From the IMG/VR virus record IMGVR_UViG_3300000304_000008, positions 69,363-99,603 of that record: DNA of 30,241 nucleotides. One strand, given 5' to 3'. A model generated the notes under the pieces. The model did not search any database, was not told the DNA's origin, and saw only the letters and a program-made list of their open reading frames with translations. This document shows positions 1 through 13,077 of this stretch, piece by piece. Numbering within the stretch: the stretch's first letter is position 1; each line of letters begins with the position of its first letter. A program made the translations under genes and the position numbers. This DNA comes from a virus.

Positions 1-609
1 TTCGAGTGTATATTTATTGCCTCCGTCAATGCCTTTGGTAGGATTGTTGACAGAAACATTATACTCGCTAACAATATTTGTTATCACCCTTTGTGACATT
101 ACTGTATCCTCGCCGTTCCCAAAATCCTAAGACAATACTATATCACCTAACTATACACCACTATCTCCTTTATCACCTTTATCCCCTTTATCTCCTTTAG
201 GTATACCAAAGTTTAATACTGCATCTCTACCATCTTTAGTAGCAGTAACAGTAGCTTGACTACCAGCAGGTAATGTAGTAGTAGTACCAACTTCTATAGA
301 CGGAGCATTGTTTAATACATAATCTATTGTACTTTTCCAATCTTTCTTAGACCAAGTATAGAATACCTATTGTATAAATTTATTCTTAGCTGTTTCATTA
401 TAGATACCGTTCTCTCCTCTAAGAAGATGTCTAACTTTTCTTTCGACACATTTATTAGCTTTGGATTTGTTAAGTTTGTCGAAGTTATTATATAACAAAT
501 CAGCTACTTCCTTACCTGTCATGCCTTCTTCAATCTTGTCTATCTTTACGTTAGGACAGCAAGGTTGACAAGTATCACAGGCAGGAGTATTTTTTATTTC
601 TTTATCCAT
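1..609 (-). CDS. Tail fibre-like protein with short collagen-like repeat (3' end outside window; TAG read-through)
   Basis: ORF 367..609 continues through TAG at 367 with no TAA/TGA to the window edge. It contains the fibre-neck-like motif VGTTTTLPAGSQATVT...LNFGIPKGDKGDKGDKGDSG. Its N-terminal KIEEGMTGKEVADLLYNNF motif is shared with 6233..6880. Confidence 0.75.
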
Positions 610-611
610 AA

Positions 612-899
612 TTAATTAGTTTGTTCTGTATTTTTAACTATTTTAATAACGCCTTCATTTAAGGTAAACATATGAGATAACCAATCATTTAAGTCATTAT
701 AACTAACACCATTATTATCTAGCATCACCGGTATTTGACTTTTATCTTTCGTATTATATTCTACAATCATTTCAGCAAGTTCTCTTTCTATAAGATACAA
801 GTCATATTCATGTGAACTAATTATTCGATTTCCAAAATTCATCTACTGAATATTGAACAACACTCTATCGTCTGGAGAAATATATTCGTAATATGTCAT
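612..899 (-). CDS. Hypothetical protein, 95 aa (TAG read-through)
   Basis: ATG at 899 overlaps the TGA of the upstream gene (ATGA). One TAG precedes the track ORF 612..842. Ends TAA. Confidence 0.7.
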
Positions 900-3100
900 A
901 TGATTTGATCAATTAAATCGTATCCTAATGATACTAATTTATTTTTATCTGTTTCAGTAAGTTCAATAAAATTTTCATGAGGTAACGTGATAGTACACGT
1001 AGTTTTAGTTTGTTTGTCTACAATAGAATTTATGAATAATCTAACATTAGATTGTATTGTGCGAAATGTGATATTTGAATTATAAAAACATTTCCAATTA
1101 GAAGCATCAAATAAAAACGTCCATCGAGTACCATACTTACCATCATAATTACACCAATACTGAGGATTATTTGTTTTAATTGTAGTATTCTTCATTTTTT
1201 CTAATGTCCCTTCTTCAAGTGTAACACCTGTAACCATAATATCGTTATCATAGTCAATATAAAATCCGTCTTCTTCTATAACTTCTATTGTCTAAATAGA
1301 CTCATATGGGTAATATTCTATAAAATAATCAGTAAAACCATTTCTAAATTCTGTCTAATTAGAACCATCTATTCTACTGTACCCTTGTATATGTAAAGGA
1401 CAGCTTAATTGTACTGCTCCATTATTGTTTGTATAATTAGTTCTTTTTAAGTTAATATGAACTTTCGGAACAATTTGTTCTAAATTATCGTGTGGGCAAG
1501 ACCAATCTATGTAACCTTTAAACCAATTACAATAGACATCCGCAGTTTCAGAAAAACAATATAAAGAATCGCATTCATAATAAAAACAAGTAACAGGATA
1601 TTTTATAATATGTCCATTCCAATATTTACTTTGTCTAATATTATAAGTTCTATCATATATAATATTATCAGCATAAGTAATGCATCCTGCCTCATCTATC
1701 ACTATGTGAGAATTCTAACAATTTGTTAGCTTAAATGGAAAATATCCAAATTTATTACCTTTAACATCAAGACCACATTTGTTAGTATCGTCAATTAACA
1801 AAGTAGCATTTAATTTTAAATGAATATCTTGACAATTTATTTCAATTGGTTCTGTATTATAATATATGTAAGCTTTTGTTAAAAGGCATATTGACTCGTA
1901 ATTTGATTCCGTAGTACCAAGAATGGTAATATCTCCGTTTTTAATCTTATTTAAGATTTCATTGAACGGAATCGTATGTAACATATCTATATTATTATAT
2001 TCTGGAGATATAACTAAACCGGAAGGTAAAATTGTATTTGCATTTCCGGTATAAATAGTCATCCAATTTTTAATTTTATCAAGATTTTTATAAGTTAATT
2101 TTTTACATCTATAATAAGCGTCATATAGAAATCCTATATTGTAATTTCCGTTTGGAACGAAGTCTTGGATATCAAAGTCTACTATAATTTCAAGTTCATT
2201 TCCTCTTTTATAAGCATCTTCTGAATCTCTAAGCCAACCTAAATTAATATCGTTTATGTCACCATGATTATAATCGTCTTCTTCTGGAATATCATATATA
2301 ATAGTTGGAGGTAAATCTTTAAAAACGGGTCTTAATACAAATTTATTTGTTTTTGATGCTAAAAGACATATTTTATAATTGTTATTGTATTCACTACTTT
2401 TTATTATTTTACCAACATCAAATTCAGTATCTTCATCCCAGTAGATAATACCTCCGATAATATCCTTATCGTACGCATTTAGCAATCCGTTGTAATGTAT
2501 TTTATCACTATTACTATCTACGAGATAATAATATTTTGGATAACCGGCATACTAAAATCTCCACTGACTTGGATAACTTATTGCATAGATTACCTGATTG
2601 TTATTTATATTGTTTGTTATTCTTAGTTTTCTATTTTTAGCATCAAATTTATAATTATCCGCATTTGAGTTAACCAAATTTATCGGGCAATTTATGTGAG
2701 AACAATCGAATTCTAAATTTTTATTATTGTCTTGCATAATGTAGTCTATCTCTGCTACATTTGAAAAGTCACTATCTAATAAATTTATATTATTTGAAGA
2801 TACATTATTTATAAAATTTCTTGGAAATTTAAATATTCTATTACCGTCTGGTATTGATGGTATAATATCAAATTGATAAGTAGTAGCATTAAAATGACCA
2901 TAATTATTGTAACTATCCCAAGTAAAACCAATAAACCCCCAGATAGCTTCAAGAGAGTTCGTATATAACACACTTGTTAAGTCTAATACTTGAGCTAAAT
3001 AATCTTCCTATGTATAATCAATTTGTTCAGTACCTTCTGCAAACTCATCGTATGTTTGAGTTAGTACTATGTTTTTTGGTTTTATTTCATTCAATTTCAT
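896..3100 (-). CDS. Putative receptor-binding / LRR-like tail protein, 734 aa (TAG read-through)
   Basis: Track ORFs 2552..2971, 1715..2485, 1355..1702 and 896..1237 share one frame and are separated only by TAG. Asn/Ile/Asp-rich. The LEAIWGFIGFTW motif is paralogous to the neighbouring gene. Confidence 0.65.
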
Positions 3101-5339
3101 CTTGTAATAATGTTAAAACCCTAGAAATATCTTGTAAACGTGTCTAGGTATTTGAGTCCAACTTATTATAAAAAGATTGTTTTAATGTAATATATGTTAT
3201 CTCTTCTACATTATTAACAGATTGTGTAAACGTATTAACGTCTATGTTGACACTATCTATATATAAACAGATTACTCGCGGTATATTTTTACCAATTTTT
3301 AAATACTAAAACTAATCTCCATAAATATAGAATTCACAGTATGCGCTAAAATTATCCAATAATATTAAATCTTCAGCAGCATATAAATTACAGACAATCG
3401 TACCAAAATCGTCAGATCCGCTAAAACTAGGAGGGTGAACTAGACTTTTGCTGTTTATTAAAATTTTTGTATTTTGCCAGTTATGCGGCATTCCTGCACG
3501 GAAATTAAGTATTACATCGGACATGTCTTCTATTACATCGTTATTTATTAACTCCCAATTATACCACGTACTAGTGACTTCATTATATATATATCTTGGA
3601 GAACAATTTATTGTTTGAGGTTTTATTTTCTTACAGTTAAAATTAGAATCAATAGAAAAATATTTATAACCCATATAACTAGAAGCTGTATCAGCATCAG
3701 AAATTTCTTCTATATCTGAACAAATATAATCGGACATATTGTCACTTATTGTATAATCAAATAGATCTTGAGTCGTGTTATATGAGAAATTAAGACAAAC
3801 ATCATTAAGTTTATCAAAATTAACAAAAGTAAAATCAGGAGTAAAAATACTGCCTTTTAATATATCTCTTGATCTAACCACAACATCTCCAAAGTTTAAT
3901 TCAGAGGCTGCATTAAATACACAATCGTTATACAAATTATCGTATTCTTTATTGTTTTCTAAAATGTTTATAGGTAAATTTACACTATTGAAAGTAGTAT
4001 CTAAGAACATATTATTATAACTCTAACCTCCTGTAAATACTGAATTAGTATCTATGGTTAAAGTACCTCCTTGACAGAAATTATCATAAACGCATTTACT
4101 ATTTCCTATGAATTTTAAGTTTATATTTGCGTTGCTACAAAAGTCTACTAAAGTAACGTTAGAATGTTCTCCTGTTTGCCCACTGACATCAAACGTAACA
4201 CTATTATTAGTAGAATCGTGATTCATATCCATCAGGTACTCACCAAAATCTTCTACAAGATTGAAGTTAGTAAGATATTGAAGGGAATCCAAGAACGTAT
4301 CAGTTGAATTATTAATGGTACTGTTTTTAATTAATCCTTTAGCTGATTTAAGAACGTTGGATGTAAAATTAATTCCATTTACTTGACTAAGATCGCATTC
4401 TTCTAAAGCATAATCTAAATACTCGCAAACAGGCAAGGCTATATTATTATTATTATTATTAATGATTCTCGCCCTAAATAACCCTTTAGCAGTTGTTGCA
4501 GTGGCGATCTATGAAATATTAACATTTATCTGTTTTAGGTTATCTGCTCCAAAACAGTAATCAATATTTGTAACCTTGCTTTGTACAAATTGATTACTAT
4601 CGTATGGTGCAATATCACCTTCAACATTATAAAAAGCATAACTTAAATTTTCTGCTAACGGAAAGTTCCAGTTAAACGTAATAGTAGTACCTGCCACACT
4701 GTTAAATATATAACTACAGTCAGTAGCTTTAGGTAAATTTAAAGTATTATTAGCAATTGTTAATTGAATATTTTCAAACATGCCTCTAGCATTTTCAACA
4801 TTATTCCAATCACTAATCGCAAGTGTAAGATTACGAACGGTATCGGTAGGTCTATAACCGTTTAAGTTCATAGCTGAAATAATATTACTATTGTTAAATT
4901 GCTCTATATTCGTAACACTATCTTGTGAACCTAAAAAATAATTTATATGTTGTAAGCGATCACCATCTGTGATAGTTTTAACATTCTAAGTAGCTATTTT
5001 TAAAAACAGATTACCACCTTGAAGAATTTGTTCATTCCAGGTATATTCGCTCCATTCCCAACCAAAATAACCCCATATTATTTCAAGACCAGACCAATTA
5101 TCGGTTTCTTCTACACCATAATAATGACCTAATTTTTTATTATCGTTATTTGTGGTTCTTACGCTATACTAATAAGTCAATTCATTTGATTCATTTGCAT
5201 TTGGGTCTTTAATAATCCAATAACAACATTCTGTATAATTACCAGCTTCATAATCCTACTATTGCTCTTCACTACTATTATATAGTTTAATCCATTTGTG
5301 TTCTAAAGTTGGAAAAGTAATTGCCATAGTCGTAATCAT
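3087..5339 (-). CDS. BspA/DUF285-like leucine-rich-repeat putative receptor-binding protein, 750 aa (TAG read-through)
   Basis: Track ORFs 4509..4871, 4023..4436 and 3312..4010 join through TAG. TAATG overlap at the start, TGA at 3087. Repeats WNNVENARGMFEN, LPKATDCSYIFNS, FPLAENLSYAFYN and SKVTNIDYCFG resemble DUF285/BspA units. Confidence 0.65.
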
Positions 5340-6214
5340 TAAGCGTTCTGTAATTCTGTTATTGCTTGTTCATGACGAGCTAAAGCATTAGCAATAACAC
5401 GTTCATTATCTCTAATATAAGTTACGATAGAATCAAGATATTCCCCTATTTTATCATCAAGTAAATCATTAATGATTTGAGTTAAGTTATCGTTGCCTTC
5501 TCCATTAAAATAGTTATTAAGTATATCGTTAATATTGTCACCTAACCAACTTTCAACAATATTAGTTATATCCCAACCTTCTAACCATGCATTAATTATT
5601 TGAGTTAATTTTTCATCGTTTAACCATTCGTTAAATATCTACTCAATTAAATCCTTAATCATTTCCTCGTCTGGAGTTAAAATGCCATAATCAATATCAT
5701 TAGCCTACTCCATTAAGTCAGTAACTATCTTAACTATATCATCTATGATTAACTAAAAATCATATTCCTCCCAGTTATCAATATTACCATATTTACAATC
5801 ATCACAGCATATACATTTATAACGATAAGTCTTATCTTCATAATATACTTCACCGCATGTATCATATGCAGGTACATCTTGTATGTGCAATACGTTACCT
5901 CTATATCTTACAGGGCATGGAACTTTAATAGCAGTAGTAGCAAAATCAGTATCATATTTTTCATTAAAGCATTTATGATATATTAACTTTGTACTAACCC
6001 AATTAGTTTCATCAATCCATTTATCATCTGTTAAATCTTCTTCTGTACCAACAAACAATTCTATATGTAAGAAACCTTTAAAATCTAGATAACACAATAT
6101 AGTATTAGTTAAACGATATTCACTAGGTACAGATTGTTTAGTTATTGCTTCATTTGTATCATAATTAGTGAATACAAAATTATATTTATTTAATATCTAA
6201 GTATTGTAATACAT
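5339..6214 (-). CDS. Tail-region structural protein with acidic coiled-coil C-terminus, 291 aa (TAG read-through)
   Basis: Extends track ORF 5753..6097 in both directions through TAG. Ends ...NERVIANALARHEQAITELQNA then TAA at 5339. Confidence 0.7.
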
Positions 6215-6232
6215 AATAATTATTATTTAAAG

Positions 6233-6880
6233 TTAAACATCTGCACCAGTGGCATCTACCCATTTAGTACCATCCCACCATTGAGGCTATTTCGAAGATT
6301 CATCAAATCTACTTTGACCAGCTTTATAATTACCACTAATGTTAGCTTTAATCCACCAAGTAACATCGTAACCGTTAGGCTATACTCTAGTATTATTTAG
6401 TACTACTGTACCATTGCTTATAGTTCCTTCGTTAAACAGTAATACGCAATTTTCAGGTATATTGATAGTCTCACCATTTAAGTCAAAATCATATCGTATT
6501 TCATATACAGTATTGGCATTATTAATCATATCTTGTGTTAAGATATTCTTAGCTTCATTAGTTTCTGTATTACATACAATGTTCTTTCTTAATATCTTAT
6601 AACCTTTACCACTAAACTTATCAGGTTCATAAGCCCTATCTTTAAACTTTATCTTACCTTTATCAATAGTAGTATCTTCTTCATCTACTTGTGTAGCGAT
6701 AGAACCATATGCATCATCTACTTGAGATTGATATTCATCTAAAGTTCTATTTATATCTTCTTTAGTATGGTCAAACTAATCTGACAGCTATTGAAATTTA
6801 TTCTCTAAATTCTCAAAGTTCTGTTCAATTATGTCTGCTACTTGACCACCTGTCATTCCTTCTTTAATTTTTGCTGCCAT
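6233..6880 (-). CDS. Tail fibre-associated protein, 215 aa (absent from ORF track; TAG read-through)
   Basis: MAAKIKEGMTGGQVADIIEQNF...KFKDRAYEPDKFSGKGYKILRKN...YEIRYDFDLNGETINIPENCVLLF...WWDGTKWVDATGADV. The central domain is clearly paralogous to the N-terminus of 7682..12496. Confidence 0.8.
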
Positions 6881-6882
6881 AA

Positions 6883-7677
6883 TTAATCTTTCCAAATTTT
6901 ATTATCATACCAAAATTCATCATCCATATTCCATATATGGTCTTCAAGTATCCAATCGTGTTTAGCTCCTTTAGACATTGCAAAAAACAAATCATATAAA
7001 TCTGATAGTATTAAACTAGTAAATACTTTCTTTGCACAAGGACTAACGTTATGTTTTAATTCATGATTAAGATAACGATATAAATCATGTAATTTATCAG
7101 GTGTAGCATAATCATTAGCATTATCTGATTTACATGTAAATGGTATCTTATCCATACTTACATATCTCTATAAATCTTTATAATAATGTATTGCTAAATC
7201 TTCATTATTATAATAATAAGCATCTTTAAGTAAAGATATACGAAGCATAAATGCCATTAAACCCAGTAAGTCTTTATACTCTGCACAGTTATTACAGAAT
7301 GAACCACAACCATTACCACAATTATCTTTAGCTAAACCTTCAAGATATATTCCTTTAGCCTTAAATAAACTGAAATTATTTAAAAACATTACATGTAATG
7401 TATTAGTAGTTTCATCAGTATTTACTAAAGTAAACTCTATAATACAAAATGTAGGAGTATAATCTTCAGGAACGATAGTTAACCGTATTTCTTTTTTAAC
7501 AGTAGTATTAAAAGCTGGGGAAGTTGTTCTAACATTAGTCTCTTCATTCTAATGCTTTTCCCATTCCCATATACTATATATCTTTATATCTGTTATACGG
7601 TCTACCTATTCGTCATGGTTATTGATAATTATTTCAATACCATTATTTGTTAACTTTTTATTAATTATATAATTCAT
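6883..7677 (-). CDS. Cys-containing tail-region protein, 264 aa (TAG read-through)
   Basis: Joins the 3' part of 7606..7791 with 7168..7389 and 6883..7155 in one frame. Has a CGNGCGSFCNNC cluster and a Trp-periodic C-terminus (HIWNMDDEFWYDNKIWKD). Confidence 0.7.
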
Positions 7678-7681
7678 AATA

Positions 7682-10600
7682 TCAATCAAGTGAGTAAATA
7701 AAACTACTAGTATTACCTGTATATCTATATCCAATATGTAGACTATATAAACAATCAGTAGTATGTAGAACAGACCCGAATGCTCCATCAACTATATCTG
7801 GTACTAGCGATACTGCCCAATTAGTTGCATATGATGTACTAGTACTAGAATAATTTGCAGTCTACTCCATAACGTTTATTGAATTTACAGCCAACGCTTT
7901 ATATGCTAAAGAATATGACAAACCAGTTATAGTTTTTGATGAATTGCATGTCCATGCTCTTATCATATTACCAGCCGCATGAGGAAGATAAGTAGTATAT
8001 GTATCTGTAGATGTAATGTTAAAGAACGGTGTAACAAAATAAGTTACAATATTAAGAGGCGTAGTACCACTTAAAACAACATTTACAGAGAGATTTCCTA
8101 TAACTGGTGATATAGAAGGATATAATAATAGAACACTTGTACCCTAAACTCTAAACTTTAATGTATGGTTAGGAGCCAAAACGGCGGGCAATCCCCAAGG
8201 CTATATAGAATAATCACTAATACCGCCAGTAATACGAATTTTTAAACATTGACTAGCTAATGCGTAAAGTGAACTTCTATTTATCGCATTTAATGATGCT
8301 GGACCCATAGATAATTCAAATTCTCTACCACCACAATTAGCTACATTTATAGTAATAGTATTCATTGTCATGGATTGTCTTTCAGCAGTAGGACCTGCAA
8401 AATAAAAATGGGATGCAGTTTCATTTGCTAGTGTAATAGTAGCTGAACCAAAATTATACTATTTACTTTTAATAGTATTAGCACAATCTTGTGTTAATGA
8501 ACCTTTTATTGTAATGTTACCCTCAGTATCCCAGGTAATATTACCATTAGCTAATTGACCTGAACCATCATCATTAAAATAAGAAGAGCCAGCACCAAGC
8601 CAAACTTCACCAGTTTCACAGTTTAACAAATAATTAGGTCTAAATGAATTATTAGTGTTCATAGGATCAGATTTCTTAAACTCATCGTAGCTATTTGTAG
8701 TACCATCGCTAGAATTTTTTCCATACATACTAAATACAAACTCATCGTTAAATACCATTTCGCCGATAAGACCATTAGCAATAACGCCAACTTTAGTATA
8801 TATAGCTTCAAAATCTTCCATCAAAACCCACACATCTGTTCTTTGATTAGGATATGCGTTACCTTGGTTTGTACCCAACCAATCAAAAGTACCATTATAC
8901 ACATAGAAATTACCATCCTAAGTATCATATACATATGGTGCTTTTTCATCAGAATACTCGTATGTCTTCTTTACATCGTAAATACCAGCAGGATATATAA
9001 TCTAACTTCTGTTTACTTCAATAGAACCATCTAAACCATTAAGACCAGATAATCTCATCATCTACCAAGTACCACCTACAATGCCATCATCATCTGGATC
9101 TATTCTAGCTTGGATACACCATACATAAGGATATTGCACAGTAGTATCAGGTATTTCAGTAGACCAACCGGATGGGTATCTAGATTGTAGATTTGTAGGA
9201 CTATGATTAGCCTACGGAGCATCTTCTGTACCTAAAGAATATCGTATTTCAAAAGATATACCTGGTAAACCATCTACACCATCATGACCAGCAGGACCAG
9301 GATTACCGGTAGGACCCATTGGACCGACATCGCCTTGAGGACCTTGTGGACCTGTTTCACCACTAATTCTTACAGGGTCTGACCATGTACCATTAAGCGT
9401 ATCGTCAGAATTAATTAATGCTACAGTCATCCATAAGTATTGACCACTAGATAAATCGGGTGGATTTGTAGTCCAACCACTAGGAGTTCTAACACTATTT
9501 GTTAAAGAAGGGGGTTGAGTACTAGAAGTATTTGCTCTGAATCTAAATTCATATCGTTTACCATCTTGTGCAGTACCATCTCTACCATTAACGGGAATAA
9601 CTTCTGACCAAGAAATTACATAACCCGTAACACCATTTACTGTACCTATACATTGCCACCATTGACCGCTATCATCAGGATAATCTGACCATCCGCTTGG
9701 TAATGGATCTGTAGAGGTAGGCGCATTTGGTTTAGTATCAGATTTTTTATAGATATAAGTTTTCCAATTAGGCAATACCGCGTCTTCTCCATCTATCACA
9801 ACTGGTACTGTTTCAATATCTATTAACGTACTACCTTTATATAATTTAAATACTACTTTATTAGATATAGAAGAAGAATTGATAATAGAATTTATAGTAT
9901 ATGTACTTTCAGAACCACCGTCTAATGCTCTAGTTAATCGCATATTACTAGGCAACGAACTTAAACTAATTACATTATTACCGTCAATACTATTTACTCC
10001 ACAGGATACATGTGCATCAGAATATTGTCCTTGTTTATCTACTTTGATAACATTAACAGATGGACTCAATTGATACATGACAGCATTAATCCCATCCTTT
10101 AATTTAATAATTCTAAATACTATACTACGCTCGTAAACATTATTATTATATGTACCAGTAATTGTATAATTTATTTCAATAGTATCTGATGTACTAGAAG
10201 CAATAGATATGATAGTAGAAGTACCAGTCATCGCTACATTATTCACCGTTACACCACTTACCGGTGTATTAGTAATACCGGTAATCTATACATCTTCCGT
10301 ATCGTAATACATAAAAAATCGTATAGTTATTGGTAATCCATCTATTACATTGCCATCTTGGTCACACAATACTTGCGCCATTTCATTATCTATATCTAAT
10401 AGTACTGAACCAGCAGGACCTTGTGGTCCAACATTACCTGTAAGTTTAATAGGCGTAGTCCAATTAGATAATAAGGTTTCATCTCTACCGTGTATACGAG
10501 CAGAGGTCATCCATATGTAATAATTATCGGCTTCAACATATGGAACCTCAGTTGTCCAACCAGCAGGATTACGATTAGTTTCATCTAATTCAGGTGGAGT

Positions 10601-12496
10601 AGTTTGACTAGAATTAGTAGCATATCTAAATTCAGTATAATCTCCTGGGGCTAAACCAGCTGTACCTGATAATAATATTGGGTCAGACCATTCACCAACT
10701 AATTCACCTTTTGCTGTAAAATATGCTTGAATCATCCAAAGCACATTAGTTTCTGTTAAAGTTGGTATTGCTGTACCCCACACAGAACCAGGATTTATAT
10801 TATCTTTTACCACAACAGGTACATTGTCCGGTCCAGATGTAGTACAATACATAAATCTGATAGCATTACCATCTGCACCTATTTCGCCATCATAACCCCA
10901 TTTAGCCCATATTGCTGGAGTACTAAAATTACTCCACGTTTTATCAATACCTGAATAAGTGCGTTTAGATACCCACTCAAAAGGATATTCTAAATTTACG
11001 CCCATAGGATTATCTGTCCAACCTACTGGTACATAATCATCTTCATTTGAACTACCAGGTGTAGCAGGAGTTATCTATTCTGTAGTTCTAGTAAATATAT
11101 ATTCTACACCATCACCATCTATACCATTAGTTCCATATTTTGACCATATGGCAGGTGTAGTAAATTCTGTCCAAGCATTATCTTTAAATTGTCTACTACA
11201 AAACCATTCATATTGATTTACAGGATCTACACCAGATGGATGGTCAAACCAACCTTGAGGTACATAATCATCTTCATTAACCGATGCCGGTTTTGTTGGG
11301 GGAGTATTATCTGTTGTTCTGCAATATATAAATTCAATACTAGAACCATCTTTACCAGGTTCACCATCAATACCTGAAATACGTACAGGGTCAGACCATT
11401 GTCCTATTAATATACCATACTGATTAAACATACCTTGAGACATCCATACTGTAGTTGTCATGTCCTCTGGAGCTGCTATCCAACCTTCTGGATATGTAAT
11501 TTCATTAGTTTCAGTATTAATATATCCTCCGTTCGGTCTAGAAGGTTTTGATTCAGATTCTTTATAACAAAATATTACACGTCCTTCTGTAGCATTTATA
11601 CCGTCTGCACCATCTTTACCTCTAGGTATAGCGAATGTAAATTTAAATGTACCATCGTCCTGTAAAGTTACTTGAGCATCTACTTCTTCGCTTTCAACAG
11701 CGGTTGCTGTAGCACTGAAGCTATTAGCTAATTCTTCAGCTGTTGTAGATATTACCCAATTTGAACCATTAAACCATACTGGTTTACCTAACGTAGTATC
11801 AAAGTATTCAAAGCCTACAGGTATGTTTGTAGTAGGTCTATCTGAAGAACTACCGTATCGTTTAATATCGTAACGAATACCATCAGCATAACGCCAAGTA
11901 TCATCATCTTTATCATACCACAAAGGCGTACGATATTCTTCATCAGTATTGTATGCTTGATAACCGCTATCTTTGTGATCTATAGATAATATTTCTTGTA
12001 ATGTACCATTGGTTAAATCCATTAATTTAACTAATGTACCATCTTCTTTCTTATAACAAGCATAGGCATTATTATCACCATCTATTTCTTCCCAAGTTAC
12101 ATACTATGCGTCAAGTAAGAAAGTACCGGTTAATTCAACATCTATAAATTTACCAGTATTATAGCCAGCTATTAAAGTACTGTCTCCTTGAATAGTACCG
12201 TTTTTTATAGAACCACCTTTAAACTATAATACAGAACTTTTAGGCATAATAATAGTTTCACCCTGTAAGTCGAAATCATATCGTACTTCATACACGGTGT
12301 TATCGTCCATTATATCAGCCTATATAAGACAATTACCTGTATTACAATTTTCATTTTTGATTCGTAAGATTTTATAGCCCTTACCAGAATAGATATTTGG
12401 TTCGTAATCTCTATCTTTAAATTTAAGTATATTTTCTTGTACTGTTAAGTCTTCATTAACACCAGTAACAGTATTTATATCTATATTTTCTATCAT
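7682..12496 (-). CDS. Large repeat-containing tail fibre protein, 1604 aa (TAG read-through)
   Basis: Track ORFs 11075..12022, 10286..11005, 9212..10246 and 8459..8902 lie in one frame, linked by TAG-only gaps, ending TGA at 7682. About 8 Trp/Pro-rich modules (xEFxY...P.GW...YxW...WSxPxxxxG) are separated by Gly-X-Y collagen-like linkers. Confidence 0.85.
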
Positions 12497-12497
12497 A

Positions 12498-12944
12498 TTA
12501 TGCTGTAAATGTTACAAGTTTCTTACTTGAATCTAAAGTATAACAATCAACATGTACCCAATTAACATCTTCTTCTAATCTTATAGGGTATTCAAGTTTA
12601 TCTATATTCTCTTTAATAAGCTTCCTACATTGTTCAGGAGTATATACATTAGTATGAAAATCTATAGCTTTACCCAAACAATGAGCACTCATATAAACTC
12701 CTTTTTTAGATTTAACTAACTAACACTGATTACAACGTAAACCTCTTTGAGTATATGTTGACCCAGAATTAACTATCATCGGAACTTTAAGTATATCTTT
12801 TCTTATTGTAAGAATAGTACTTAACAATTCAGTAGATAAAAACTACCACGATTTATCACCATAAGTACTAATACAATGAGGACATACCAACTCCTTTAAT
12901 TGAAAGTAATTCTTAATTTCTTTAATTATTTCATCTCTTGTCAT
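12498..12944 (-). CDS. Peptidase M15 family endolysin, 148 aa (TAG read-through)
   Basis: MTRDEIIKEIKNYFQLKELVCPH...QRGLRCNQC...SAHCLGKAIDF...WVHVD gives the M15 Zn-binding SxHxxGxAxD and HxD motifs. In-frame TAGs at 12843 and 12720. An alternative upstream ATG lies at 13001. Confidence 0.85.
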
Positions 12945-13018
12945 ATCTCGATTAACGTAAATATTAATTTGGATATTGTTATTTTGTATGGTTATAACCA
13001 TAGTTTAATGGCTATAAT

Positions 13019-13055
13019 AAAAAAGGCGAAGTCGAGGATTAACCCCAACCTCGCC
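13019..13055 (-). terminator. Intrinsic terminator after the auxiliary capsid-like gene
   Basis: Minus strand reads GGCGAGGTTGGGG-TTAAT-CCTCGACTTCGCC followed by TTTTTT. Confidence 0.85.
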
Positions 13056-13077
13056 AAAGGTCATAAAGAAATTATGA

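Noticed and set aside
163-198. 9-nt tandem repeat
   Set aside because: It is fully explained by coding for collagen-like KGD triplets.
896-12496. Diversity-generating retroelement or invertible cassette acting on fibre genes
   Set aside because: No reverse transcriptase, recombinase, adenine-mismatched repeat pair or flanking inverted repeats were seen in this window. One elsewhere in the genome cannot be excluded.
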